Virus record (IMG/VR): IMGVR_UViG_3300029171_000002
Location: 9,343 to 73,342 of that record
Direction: 5' to 3' (one strand)
Length of the DNA stretch: 64,000 nucleotides
From: a virus
Taxonomy: Duplodnaviria; Caudoviricetes
Positions 38,273 to 47,409 of the stretch are shown piece after piece. Position numbers and translations under genes: made by a program. The stretch's first letter is position 1; each line of letters opens with the position of its first letter. The notes beneath the pieces are model-generated. The model worked only from the letters and a program-made list of their open reading frames with translations. It made no database searches and had not been told where the DNA came from.

Positions 38273-38422
38273 TTTATTTCATCCTGAAGAGATTGGAATC
38301 CAGAGATAACACCCAAGCAAAGACAGAAAACAACATATCCGATCTTCACTCCCAGAAAAGCCATAGCGGTCGAACAAGCCAACAAAAACACGCTAAAAAT
38401 TCTCCATCCCATCTCAATCCCT

Positions 38423-38677
38423 TTATCTGTACTGCGCAGGCATTTCCGATCTTAAATGCCCACATCGAGAACACTGCCACGGATTCACCCATGCGACTCG
38501 ACCAAAATACATCACATCGCGAAACACCCAATGATGGCCAAGAATAAAGCAAGTCATGCCCGGAGAGAGCTTGAACATGCCCAAGCGGACCTTGTCCAAA
38601 AAGCTGAACGATGGTTCGGCAATCGCTTCCGTGCCACGACTTTCTTCAGGTTGAGGACCACCACGAATACATCGCAT
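38423..38677 (-). CDS. small Zn-binding protein starting MRCIRGG
   Basis: C..LGHHW...CSRCG. Confidence 0.5.
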   Translation of the reverse strand: MRCIRGGPQPEESRGTEAIAEPSFSFLDKVRLGMFKLSPGMTCFILGHHWVFRDVMYFGRVAWVNPWQCSRCGHLRSEMPAQYR

Positions 38678-38833
38678 CGCTTCATTTGTCAGAGCTGCGG
38701 GCCGGGCTTACCTTAAAGGTGTTACCGACTATCCAGGTTCCGTCATGGACGTTGCCTTTACGCACGGCGTAGGCTGCAATTCCAATCCAATGAAAAGCAG
38801 GATTGCGACCAGCTTTGTTGACGCCGCAGCTTT

Positions 38834-39034
38834 CTATTCTTTCCGATCATTTGCCTGAATCTTACCCTGCAATGTCGAGTGCAAGGCTCCACAGTTTGGG
38901 CAAGCGAGAACTGTTACCGAACCAAGGTGCATTGTCCCCATCCGGGCTACCAACGCACCGCCATCACGGGCGTAGACATCGAGTCTGCCAAATGCGTCCC
39001 TGTCGGCTTCCAGCATGCAAACGTAGCATTTCAT
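38834..39034 (-). CDS. small Zn-ribbon protein
   Basis: CYVC...CPNCG. Confidence 0.55.
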   Translation of the reverse strand: MKCYVCMLEADRDAFGRLDVYARDGGALVARMGTMHLGSVTVLACPNCGALHSTLQGKIQANDRKE

Positions 39035-39036
39035 GG

Positions 39037-39273
39037 TTACTCAACCGTACCAGTTTCGTTAGCTAGCGTATGTCCAAACTCGTCGGAAGCCACGATGTTG
39101 CATATTGACCCTCCAGGAAGGGCTATCTCGACGGGAGGTTTTTCGGCTAGCATGATCAGAACACCGTTACAGAATATTCGGTATGTATCAGCATCCGGCA
39201 CTAGATCCCAATCCAACCTGTACAACTTAAGCTTTGGGATATTGTCCGGGTTTCGTATCGCTCGGCGAGGCAT
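39037..39273 (-). CDS. small FN3-like protein starting MPRRAIR
   Basis: LDWDLVPDADTYRIFCNG...IVASDEFG. Confidence 0.55.
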   Translation of the reverse strand: MPRRAIRNPDNIPKLKLYRLDWDLVPDADTYRIFCNGVLIMLAEKPPVEIALPGGSICNIVASDEFGHTLANETGTVE

Positions 39274-39396
39274 AGTTTCAACCCGCAGGTCGGATCAGCC
39301 GACCGTTCGCTACCCAGGAGACCAGCGCGGGACCGTCCTCGCCCGCAAGCGTCGGATTGGCTTCCATTGTCCGTGTTCGCGCACACGCCGCTGCGG

Positions 39397-40110
39397 CTAC
39401 TCAACCACTTCACCTTCCTGAAACGTCTCTGACTGCTGCTTCCGGATCTTCTGCAACGACTTCTCAAAGTCAAACCCGCCAGCACCTTGATTGTTGTTCT
39501 GGTTCAATTGAACGTTGACGACATTCGCAGGCGCATCGGCTTGGCCCTTCTCCGGGCTCATCTGCGTGGTCTTACGGAAGTGCTCAAGTCCGGCACTCAA
39601 AGCTGTGTTGTCTCGGATTGTGTCGATCTCAATACCCCCATCAGGGAGAGTTCGAACAACGTCTTGCTTACCTTCAAGAAGCTCTTCCTGTGCGCGGAGG
39701 TAGCTCTTGCTCTGCTCTCTACGGGCCTTCTGTCGCAACTTCTCGTTCTCAATCGCCCCGTTATGTTTCAGCCGCATCAACTCGGCGTTGCGCCTGACAG
39801 CATCTTGCTGCTCACCGCGCTGAATCGACGCCCTGACCTGGGCTTCTTCGATCTCATCAGCTACAGCGATCTGCTCCAGAGACTCTCCGGCCATGTAACG
39901 GTTGTAACGCTCAAGATCAGAGACAAGATTTTTCAGCTTCGCGATCGCCATGCCACGGCCACGCTTCACCGCAGTCGTTTTTTCAGGCGCGTCAGATGTC
40001 CCTTTAGTGTTGCGATCTCTCTTAGTTTGGCTCTGTACTGCGCGGATAGATCGTGTTCGACCTGCGTCATCAGTCCGCTCAGCAACGATTCCGGCTTCTT
40101 GTCTGGACAA
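39397..40110 (-). CDS. putative terminase small subunit / HTH protein
   Basis: RYNRYMAGESLEQIA HTH-like; Asn/Gln-rich linker; upstream of TerL. Confidence 0.4.
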   Translation of the reverse strand: MSRQEAGIVAERTDDAGRTRSIRAVQSQTKRDRNTKGTSDAPEKTTAVKRGRGMAIAKLKNLVSDLERYNRYMAGESLEQIAVADEIEEAQVRASIQRGEQQDAVRRNAELMRLKHNGAIENEKLRQKARREQSKSYLRAQEELLEGKQDVVRTLPDGGIEIDTIRDNTALSAGLEHFRKTTQMSPEKGQADAPANVVNVQLNQNNNQGAGGFDFEKSLQKIRKQQSETFQEGEVVE

Positions 40111-40400
40111 AAGTATCTCCAGTTTCTGCTGCCAAAGCAGCGTTCCAGTAAGCGTTCTGGCATTTGCTCCGAGTCAACATCCCAGAGCTGAACCCGTGGA
40201 CCTGATTTGCGTGCTTGCTGAACCGCATAAATCTCTTTGGAAAAAAATCGATAACTCCCGCGTTTATTCAGTCGATGGTAGGGCAAAATCCCAAGATTGG
40301 CTAGCCGAATTACATGACGTGGCGTCACGTTGAGAATGATTCCGACCGCTCGGGAATCAAGGACTTCTTGGGTTGAGTCGAGTCTACTACTCTTCGCCAT
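39966..40400 (-). CDS. MerR/excisionase-like HTH DNA-binding protein
   Basis: VGIILNVTPRHVIRLA..GILPYHR....YRF...EI. Confidence 0.65.
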   Translation of the reverse strand: MAKSSRLDSTQEVLDSRAVGIILNVTPRHVIRLANLGILPYHRLNKRGSYRFFSKEIYAVQQARKSGPRVQLWDVDSEQMPERLLERCFGSRNWRYFCPDKKPESLLSGLMTQVEHDLSAQYRAKLREIATLKGHLTRLKKRLR

Positions 40401-40406
40401 GCAAAC

Positions 40407-40754
40407 CTACTCGGCAAGGGCTCTGACCACACCTCTGAAGATATAGTCTTTGGCCTGCTGAGCCAAGGGCAGATCCTCGAACGGAACCATGCAAGGGTGC
40501 TGCTTGAATTCAGGCAATTTCTCTGGACCATACACCCAACCATCTGCATCTTTCTGAGCGAACCACGATTCGTGGCTGGCCTTCGGTCCGGCATCTGGGT
40601 TAGTGATGTGCAGATTCACACCAACAATCGCACTCTTCTTGGCCCATTCCGGTGCCTGCTCCCACGGTAACTGAGTATTGTCGCCTTGCGACTGACAGTA
40701 GGCTCGGTTTACTTCGTGACAAACACGAGCAATTTCTTCAACGCTGAGTTTCAT
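40407..40754 (-). CDS. RyR-domain phage protein
   Basis: IARVCHE.NRAYC...HESW...GWVYG.......HPCMVPFEDLP..QQAKDY. Confidence 0.85.
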   Translation of the reverse strand: MKLSVEEIARVCHEVNRAYCQSQGDNTQLPWEQAPEWAKKSAIVGVNLHITNPDAGPKASHESWFAQKDADGWVYGPEKLPEFKQHPCMVPFEDLPLAQQAKDYIFRGVVRALAE

Positions 40755-41107
40755 GATGCCTCCACACTTAAAGCCTCAACAACCTTCTGAGCCTTCTGAT
40801 CAATATTCTCCCAACGCAGGGAGACATGCAGGACTGGGATGCCAACCGCGTTACGCTTCCGGGCACAGAACAAAAAGCTTCCATTCTCCGGCTGCATCAG
40901 ATACTTCAGAACGCGATCCAGCTTTGTGATCTTGATCCGACACTTCTCAGCCCACTCGCTGCGCCTACGCTCAATCCACTGCACTCCCGACTTCTCGACC
41001 GTGCCGTTTTTCCAATCCTGTACGGCCTGGCGCATGAAGATTCCAGCTTCGATCGTGCCGGTCAAATCGGTCCAAAACTCAAAATCATCGCGTTCCGTCC
41101 AGTCCAT
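40751..41107 (-). CDS. hypothetical protein (start MDWTER, probably leaderless)
   Basis: First gene of leftward unit; ATG 7 nt from predicted -10. Confidence 0.55.
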   Translation of the reverse strand: MDWTERDDFEFWTDLTGTIEAGIFMRQAVQDWKNGTVEKSGVQWIERRRSEWAEKCRIKITKLDRVLKYLMQPENGSFLFCARKRNAVGIPVLHVSLRWENIDQKAQKVVEALSVEAS

Positions 41108-41113
41108 AAATGA

Positions 41114-41142
41114 ACAATACAACCAATTTCAGATTCGCGCAA
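41114..41142 (-). promoter_or_regulatory. sigma70-type leftward promoter
   Basis: TTGCGC-17 nt-TATTGT in AT-rich divergent intergenic region. Confidence 0.5.
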
Positions 41143-41182
41143 GACTATTTTGCGTAATTCTTAAATCTATTTCATTTTTCAC

Positions 41183-41211
41183 TTGCATCTGATTTCCTGT
41201 TTATCTAAAAT
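41183..41211 (+). promoter_or_regulatory. sigma70-type rightward promoter
   Basis: TTGCAT-17 nt-TAAAAT. Confidence 0.65.
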
Positions 41212-41232
41212 CGTAGTTGGGTAATTAATCAC

Positions 41233-41562
41233 ATGGCACGAAGAGCAATCAGGGGTGGGGAGAAACCGCTACCGCAGTGGGCAGCAGATAGTCTGAATAC
41301 TGTTAGCGTCGAGCTCCGGGGAGATCCGCTTGGAGGTTACTTCCTGAGTCGTCCAACACATCTGATTAGGCCAAATGGAGATGTTGCTATCACTTTCGTG
41401 GTCTCGGGACTGGTTCCCGGAGATAGGGTTGTAGGCTATGTGTTGTCGTTCTATAGCGAAACGCTTGGTCGTCAGAAAAACGAAGGCTATCTTGTGCCAC
41501 CGCTGGAAGCGGACGAGGAGTACAAGGAGTACGAAATTACGGTTGATCTGAGGGTGCGATGA
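41233..41562 (+). CDS. hypothetical protein starting MARRAIRGG
   Basis: First gene of rightward unit. Confidence 0.65.
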   Translation: MARRAIRGGEKPLPQWAADSLNTVSVELRGDPLGGYFLSRPTHLIRPNGDVAITFVVSGLVPGDRVVGYVLSFYSETLGRQKNEGYLVPPLEADEEYKEYEITVDLRVR

Positions 41563-41903
41563 CTCGGCGTGCGATCCGTGGCGGCACAGAAAATTACCTT
41601 AAACTCGTGGTCCTGCCGAGCCTGAAGTCTGGGTTGATCCTTTTGGATTCTTCTTTTACCGGAAAGCAATTCAAGGAATGGCGCAAAGGTGGGCGTGAGG
41701 TCAATATGACGGAGAACGAGCTTCGCATCACCGACTATTTTGACATCCGTGGCGCCTACCCCGTTCCGAACGTTCTGGGAGCCTGGTATCAGTATCAGCA
41801 GGCAACGATTGTGGGCTTGGGGAATCACTACAATTTCAGCACGGTTGAACCTGCCAAGCAGGATCCGCTCTTGCTCTGCACGAGGTATGTGATTAAGGGA
41901 TAG
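41559..41903 (+). CDS. hypothetical protein starting MTRRAIRGG
   Basis: ATGA overlap; SD GAGG. Confidence 0.65.
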   Translation: MTRRAIRGGTENYLKLVVLPSLKSGLILLDSSFTGKQFKEWRKGGREVNMTENELRITDYFDIRGAYPVPNVLGAWYQYQQATIVGLGNHYNFSTVEPAKQDPLLLCTRYVIKG

Positions 41904-41935
41904 TTGAATTAAAGAGGCACTGGAGAGGCCTTTTC

Positions 41936-42220
41936 ATGAAGATCATCGCAACTCAAGGCAGTGATCACTTTCTGTGCGTAGTCTCGAAGGATGAGATTGC
42001 AAACCTAATTGGTTACTACTCAAAGTACGACAGAGACTTTCCGGCGGTCAAAGAAGGCAGCGTAATAGACATCAATGGGATGTACCGACTAGCTGCCAAC
42101 ATGGCAAGTATCCACGACAAACTTAAAGGTGCCAATGAGGCATTACGAACTTGCGCTAACTTGGTCGACCACATTGCGATTGACAAACTAATCATTAATA
42201 CAGAGGAGGTGAAATCTTGA
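41936..42220 (+). CDS. hypothetical protein
   Basis: SD GGAG; in operon. Confidence 0.55.
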   Translation: MKIIATQGSDHFLCVVSKDEIANLIGYYSKYDRDFPAVKEGSVIDINGMYRLAANMASIHDKLKGANEALRTCANLVDHIAIDKLIINTEEVKS

Positions 42221-43491
42221 AAATCGTAAGCCTTAAAACGGAGAACTTTAAGAAGTTGATTGCCGTCAACATCGAACCCAAAGATAGTCTTGTCCCGATT
42301 AAGGGCAAGAACGCTGCCGGAAAGAGTTCAGTGCTAGAGTCCATTGAAATCGCCATTGGCGGCATGGCCCATGCTCCAGAGCAACCAATCCGCAAAGGCC
42401 AGAAGAAGGCCGAGATTGTCGTCGATCTTGGAGAGCTGATCGTGCGTCGCAGCATCACGCCGAGCGGGGGCACGTTGGTTGTAACGACCAAGGACGGCGT
42501 ACCACAGAAGACACCACAGGCTATCCTGGACAAGCTCTACGGCACTCTCAGTTTCGATCCCCTGGCATTTTCACGACAGACGGCTCAGGAGCAAGGCAAG
42601 GTTTTGCGGGATCTTCTGAAGCTTGATTTCTCGACGCTAGATGCTGAACGAGCCAAAGCCTACACCGACCGTACTCTGTTTGGTCGCCTAGTCGCTCAGA
42701 TCGAAGCCAGAATGAAAGTGTTCCCTCCAATTCCGGAGAGCGTCCCGGATGAAGAGGTTTCGGCTACAGACATCATCAATGAAAAACGTGATGCCGATGC
42801 GACCAACAAAGATAACAAGAATCAGCGCGAGGAAGCGGCGGCTGCGCAGGTAGTGGCCGACAATTACTTGGCCGAGACCGAGAGGATTCAGGGCAAGATC
42901 ACTCAACTGCAAACAGAATTGTCTTTGCTCCAAGACGACTACCTGAAGGCCTGCGAGGTTGCCATGGCTCTATCAGAAGCGGCCGACAAACTCGTCGACA
43001 TCCCCGTCACTGATTTCTACGACAGAATCGCCGGCATCGAGAAAACCAACGCCGCGGTTCGTGCCAAGAAAGAAGTCAAGAAGACAGAAGCCGAGCTTGC
43101 GGAGGCCAGACGACGTCACTCTGAGCTCGACAAAGCTATCGCCAAAATCGACGACGAAAAGCAGTCAAAGATTGCCAGTGCGCCTTTCCCAATTCCCGGC
43201 ATGTCATTCAACGATGCCGGCGTGGTCATGTACCAGGGCGTGCCGTTCTCGCAAGCCAGCTCTGCCGAACAGCTCCGCGTCTCTTTGGCCATGGGCATTG
43301 CCCTGAATCCGAAGCTACGGGTTCTGCTGATTCGAGATGGTTCGCTCTTGGACGACGACAACCTGAAGCTGATTGCGGAGATGGCGACGGAGAAGGACAT
43401 GCAGGTGTGGATCGAGACGATCAATTCGGACAGCCCCAGTGCTGTGCTGATCGAGGATGGTGCGGTAAAAGAAGACTCAGTAAACGCTTAG
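42217..43491 (+). CDS. SMC/RecN-like AAA ATPase (phage recombination-associated)
   Basis: Walker A GKNAAGKSS, long coiled coil, SQASSAEQL signature, LIRDGSLLD Walker B-like. Confidence 0.85.
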   Translation: MKIVSLKTENFKKLIAVNIEPKDSLVPIKGKNAAGKSSVLESIEIAIGGMAHAPEQPIRKGQKKAEIVVDLGELIVRRSITPSGGTLVVTTKDGVPQKTPQAILDKLYGTLSFDPLAFSRQTAQEQGKVLRDLLKLDFSTLDAERAKAYTDRTLFGRLVAQIEARMKVFPPIPESVPDEEVSATDIINEKRDADATNKDNKNQREEAAAAQVVADNYLAETERIQGKITQLQTELSLLQDDYLKACEVAMALSEAADKLVDIPVTDFYDRIAGIEKTNAAVRAKKEVKKTEAELAEARRRHSELDKAIAKIDDEKQSKIASAPFPIPGMSFNDAGVVMYQGVPFSQASSAEQLRVSLAMGIALNPKLRVLLIRDGSLLDDDNLKLIAEMATEKDMQVWIETINSDSPSAVLIEDGAVKEDSVNA

Positions 43492-43499
43492 AGGCACCT

Positions 43500-43880
43500 A
43501 TGAAAATCACTAAACACATTGGCGATGTCACAAAACAGGAGTCGCGGATAGTTGAAACTGAAACACAAGAAGAGAGGGATGCTTGCTTAACTGCAGCCTC
43601 AAAGGAATGCGGTGCGTGGAACGGTCGAAAAATATGTGGGAAATCACCAGCGAAAGAGATCCACTCTTTAGATCCGATCTTGCTATTTTCCGCTTACAGA
43701 ACTGCCATGATTGAAACAGCGGATGGATTCTTGTACGCGAGTTGGCTTTGCTCTGATCATTATCCTAAGAATGAAGGCGACACTGAATCCATCATAAAAG
43801 ACATGGATCCAGAACTATGGAAATCACAACAAGTTCAGTACTTGGAGTTTTTCAGACTCAACTCTAGTAACACTCATTAA
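43500..43880 (+). CDS. hypothetical protein
   Basis: From MKITKH, SD GAGG. Confidence 0.45.
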   Translation: MKITKHIGDVTKQESRIVETETQEERDACLTAASKECGAWNGRKICGKSPAKEIHSLDPILLFSAYRTAMIETADGFLYASWLCSDHYPKNEGDTESIIKDMDPELWKSQQVQYLEFFRLNSSNTH

Positions 43881-43903
43881 CAACCACAATAAGAAGGAGG
43901 AGC

Positions 43904-44284
43904 ATGCCAAAAACAAAGAAGCTCACAGAAGATCAATTGATGGTTCCACAAAAGTCTGAACTTGACGTGGTCGAAGAGGCTGGAATCGCCTTTAATCCTG
44001 AAACTCAATTCATTGATCTATCAAAAGAAGAAAAGAGGCGGACGACGAGCTTATTGATGGCAATTCAAGCCTACCGAGAATTGATCATCAAAGACGCTGA
44101 TTATTTGCGCGAAGCATCCAATTTGGCTGAACGCAATAAAGGACCGGCCATTCAGCCAGCAACCATTGATGCGATGCTTGATGCGGCTTTGAAGTTTGAC
44201 CTGTTTATTTCTGGGAAACTTGAGGAATCAGCGAAGGAAGAGTTGGAAGAAATCGCGAAGGGTGGAGAGAGTGCAGAAGGTTAA
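43904..44284 (+). CDS. hypothetical protein
   Basis: Strong SD AGGAGG. Confidence 0.55.
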   Translation: MPKTKKLTEDQLMVPQKSELDVVEEAGIAFNPETQFIDLSKEEKRRTTSLLMAIQAYRELIIKDADYLREASNLAERNKGPAIQPATIDAMLDAALKFDLFISGKLEESAKEELEEIAKGGESAEG

Positions 44285-44289
44285 TACTG

Positions 44290-44721
44290 ATGCGAGCAAT
44301 CAGAGGCGTCAACCTCGACGGGAAAATAGTTTGGATGTTGGACTATTGCAAACGCAATGGTGCGCAACTTTCCCTTCAGGGTGAATGTGGATTCTGGAGA
44401 CCCTGTGTTGGCATTCTTGTCAACGGTCTCTACCCAGACTATGAGTGGTGGGACAAGGATTACAGTAATCAACTCGACAAGAATGGTGAGGTCTGGAAGC
44501 CGAGAAGTGCTTATCACAAACACCCATGCGTGGCAGTTCTCGGACACGATGAGGACTCTATAAATCAGCTTTGGTTGTGGCTGCAATGGTTTGAAGACAA
44601 TGGATTCAAGATCGAAGTTGGTGGAATTGACATCGAGCCAAAGCATGCTCTTTTCCACGGCTTGATGGGGACTGACAAGTTTGCGCGGATGGTTAGAGGT
44701 AGCAGTGAACTTTCACAATAA
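44290..44721 (+). CDS. hypothetical protein starting MRAIRG
   Basis: LEGECGFWRPCVG...YHKH.CVAVLG motif. Confidence 0.6.
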   Translation: MRAIRGVNLDGKIVWMLDYCKRNGAQLSLQGECGFWRPCVGILVNGLYPDYEWWDKDYSNQLDKNGEVWKPRSAYHKHPCVAVLGHDEDSINQLWLWLQWFEDNGFKIEVGGIDIEPKHALFHGLMGTDKFARMVRGSSELSQ

Positions 44722-44732
44722 AAGGAGGAGCG

Positions 44733-44981
44733 ATGGCTCAAACAGGCGAAATGGCAGTACTGGACAGGACCGGGGACACGAAAACCACATGGGACAGAAA
44801 CAATGCGGACGAAGTCAGCTTCGCACGTAAGCAATTCGATGACTTCAAAAAGAAAGGATTTGCCGCCTTCAGTGTGACCAAGAAGGGGGATAAGGACGAA
44901 CAGATTTCTGATTTTGATCCTGCGGCAGAGCGCATCATTTTTGTCCCACAAATCAAAGGGGGTGCGCTTGGCTACGATTGA
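44733..44981 (+). CDS. small conserved phage protein with near-terminal GG (PQIKGG-ALGYD)
   Basis: Strong SD AGGAGG; LD.TGD....WD...FDP.AE.I...P...GG. Confidence 0.7.
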   Translation: MAQTGEMAVLDRTGDTKTTWDRNNADEVSFARKQFDDFKKKGFAAFSVTKKGDKDEQISDFDPAAERIIFVPQIKGGALGYD

Positions 44982-45666
44982 GATCACTGGATCAGCAGGG
45001 GCAGGAGTTTGGAGGTATTGGTGTGAGACCTCCACCGCCACGGCCTATTATGCTGGCACGTCGAATTATGTTGGCCCATGGGAGTATTGGTGTTCTGGAG
45101 GTACATCCACAACCCCTACAAGCACAATCACCGACACGATCTACAAGGCGTGGGTCATTAAGTCTTCTGAGGATGAGGGTTCTGCTTATGCCAGCCAGAT
45201 TCGCCCAAAGCAGTCCCACATTGAATCCGAGGCCGACAGAACGGCACGTCTTCAGCGAGAACAGGCCAACAGGCAGGCAGCAGAGCTGCAGCGTCTCAAC
45301 GAACTCGCTCGGCGTGAAGCCGCTGTCAAAGAACGCGAAGCGGCTGTGGCAAAGGCTGAAAGACTTCTTCTTGAAACACTGAAAGAAGAGCAGCGCAAGC
45401 AGTACCAGAAAGATCGTCATTTTGACGTGATCACCAAGGATGGCAAGCGCAGGTATCGCATCCACCACGGCAGTTCAGGGAATGTGAAGCTCTTGAACGA
45501 GAAAGGTCACAGCGTCAAGAGCTACTGCATTCACGCCGTGGATCAAGGCATTCCGAACGAAGACAATATGTTGTTGCAGAAGCTTCTGATTGAGCATGAC
45601 GAAGAGAGGTTCTTGAAGACGGCCAATATCTCGAATGTCCACCAGCCCGAACAAAGAACCGCGTAA
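44968..45666 (+). CDS. hypothetical protein (Trp/Thr-rich N-terminus, coiled coil, globular C-terminus)
   Basis: TTG start after AGGGGG; AERLL...YRI...GNV...YCIH...DNML.QKL. Confidence 0.6.
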   Translation: MATIEITGSAGAGVWRYWCETSTATAYYAGTSNYVGPWEYWCSGGTSTTPTSTITDTIYKAWVIKSSEDEGSAYASQIRPKQSHIESEADRTARLQREQANRQAAELQRLNELARREAAVKEREAAVAKAERLLLETLKEEQRKQYQKDRHFDVITKDGKRRYRIHHGSSGNVKLLNEKGHSVKSYCIHAVDQGIPNEDNMLLQKLLIEHDEERFLKTANISNVHQPEQRTA

Positions 45667-45904
45667 GTCTAGTTTCATTCAAAGCCACATCTACGAAGAG
45701 GGGATGGCGAGGGTTATCGGGTTCGATGCCTTCGCCTTTGCCCAAGATCCTCAGATTTGCTGGCACTGCGGTGGCGATAAGAAGTGTGCTTGTGCAGGTT
45801 GTGGGAATTCTCAAATGAAAGATGGTCAATGGGTAACAGGCTCAGGTAAGTGTGAGTGCTGCAAAGGCTCGGGGTTGCTGGTCTGGGCAGATGAGGTGAT
45901 TTAA
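45635..45904 (+). CDS. small Cys-rich protein
   Basis: CWHC...CAC.GC...CECC.GSG. Confidence 0.5.
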   Translation: MSTSPNKEPRKSSFIQSHIYEEGMARVIGFDAFAFAQDPQICWHCGGDKKCACAGCGNSQMKDGQWVTGSGKCECCKGSGLLVWADEVI

Positions 45905-46518
45905 TGGAATACCATAAGATTGAGACGCTCTATGAGCGCGACGAAGTGAGCTTCAAAGTTAAACCAGGGATTCTAAAGAATCGCACTTACAGTCTAATCA
46001 AGTCTTGGTTGTGGACTGAAAAGATTGACGGCACCAACATCAGAATCATCTGGGAACCGCCAGCACCACTGCGTTTTGGTGGCAAGACCGACAACGCTCA
46101 GATTCATACTGATCTGATCCGACATCTTTACGAGACAGTGTCGGCAGAGAAACTGAAAGAGCATTTCCCAGAAACCACAGCCGTTATCTATGGTGAGGGC
46201 TACGGGGCCGGCATCCAAAAAGGCGGCGATTACAGCCCAACTAAAAAGTTCATCGTTTTTGATGTTCTCGTGGATGGCAAATGGTGGATGAACTGGGAGA
46301 ACACTTGTGACATTGCCAACAAGATTGGGTTAGAGGTAGTTCCATTCATTGGCGAGATGACGCTCCATCAAGCAAGCGATATGGTTCGCAAGGGATTTCA
46401 GTCTCATCTCAATGATGGGAAGTTGGAGGCCGAAGGTCTCGTTGGTCGAACTGCGGAACCCCTGTTCGACAAGAAGGGTCATCGTCTGATTACTAAACTG
46501 AAGACTAAGGATTTCTAG
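45904..46518 (+). CDS. ATP-dependent RNA ligase (Rnl2-like nucleotidyltransferase fold)
   Basis: Motif I TEKIDGTN, IYGEGYG, FIVFDV, EGLVGR, C-terminal KLK. Confidence 0.85.
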   Translation: MEYHKIETLYERDEVSFKVKPGILKNRTYSLIKSWLWTEKIDGTNIRIIWEPPAPLRFGGKTDNAQIHTDLIRHLYETVSAEKLKEHFPETTAVIYGEGYGAGIQKGGDYSPTKKFIVFDVLVDGKWWMNWENTCDIANKIGLEVVPFIGEMTLHQASDMVRKGFQSHLNDGKLEAEGLVGRTAEPLFDKKGHRLITKLKTKDF

Positions 46519-46519
46519 T

Positions 46520-46594
46520 GCCGAGATAACTCAGAGGTAGAGTGCTGGCCTGAAAAACCAGTGGTCGCCAGTTCAATTCTGGCTCTCGGCACCA
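46520..46594 (+). tRNA. tRNA-Phe(GAA), encoded CCA
   Basis: GCCGAGA/TCTCGGC acceptor, loop CTGAAAA, T arm GCCAG-TTCAATT-CTGGC, ends ACCA. Confidence 0.9.
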
Positions 46595-46612
46595 CAATTA
46601 AGGAGGATTACA

Positions 46613-46960
46613 ATGACGAAGTTCAATCCAGAAAACAAAGAATCCATGACTTATAGAGAATGCCTTGGGCCAGCAATGGAGATCACTGACCCTGAAGACG
46701 CAAGGCAGTACTTGCAGGACTACGTTGCCTTCACTCAGAAACACTTGGACCAAAATCCTCGCACCGATGGTTTGACGGCAGAAGATATCGCCAAAGCAAA
46801 TCTTGGGTACTATGCCGGTTACTACAGCAACGAAACCCGAGAGAGAGTGGAGAGGTTGTTCTCCTGCTCACACCCTGTGTTCGGAAAGATCACAGAGCAT
46901 GTGCCAACGCCAGAAGAGGCTTTCCATTCTGGCATTAATCTCATGAAGCATACGAGGTGA
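46613..46960 (+). CDS. conserved phage hypothetical protein
   Basis: NLGYYAGYYSNETRERVERLF.C.HPVFG. Confidence 0.65.
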   Translation: MTKFNPENKESMTYRECLGPAMEITDPEDARQYLQDYVAFTQKHLDQNPRTDGLTAEDIAKANLGYYAGYYSNETRERVERLFSCSHPVFGKITEHVPTPEEAFHSGINLMKHTR

Positions 46961-46963
46961 CTC

Positions 46964-47140
46964 ATGTTGGAAATCGGATTCTGGGAGTTCGCGGACAAGC
47001 ACGCTGACGGCTTAGGGATTCTCGCATTTGTACTAATAGGAGCTATTGCATTCTACCTCTTTATTTTGGTCCAAATAGCGGAACAGTGGAGTTTGAGACA
47101 TCGAGGTACTCCAGTGAATAAAAGTGAGGACAAAGAATGA
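46964..47140 (+). CDS. small single-TM protein
   Basis: Manual translation MLEIGFWEF...LGILAFVLIGAIAFYLFILV. Confidence 0.45.
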   Translation: MLEIGFWEFADKHADGLGILAFVLIGAIAFYLFILVQIAEQWSLRHRGTPVNKSEDKE

Positions 47141-47409
47141 AAACTAGCGATGGTGGTCCCGCATTCCCACACGGAAGCATTGTCTATGTTGACTCTCACG
47201 ATCCTGGGATCAGGGAAGAAGTATATGCGGCCGCAAAAGGCATGTCCCTGCGAGATTGGTTCGCAGGGAAAGCCATTAGCTTATTTCCAGTTAGTGCAAA
47301 CGAATTACTAATGATCCAACAAGGGAACGTGCCGAGACATAATGTGGTCGCACGGTTTTGCTACGACCTCGCCGACGCTATGATCGAAGAAAGAGAGAAG
47401 AGAAAATGA
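47137..47409 (+). CDS. conserved phage protein (GGPAFP...GMSLRDWFAG family)
   Basis: DGGPAFP, GMSLRDWFA, CYDLADAMI. Confidence 0.75.
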   Translation: MKTSDGGPAFPHGSIVYVDSHDPGIREEVYAAAKGMSLRDWFAGKAISLFPVSANELLMIQQGNVPRHNVVARFCYDLADAMIEEREKRK

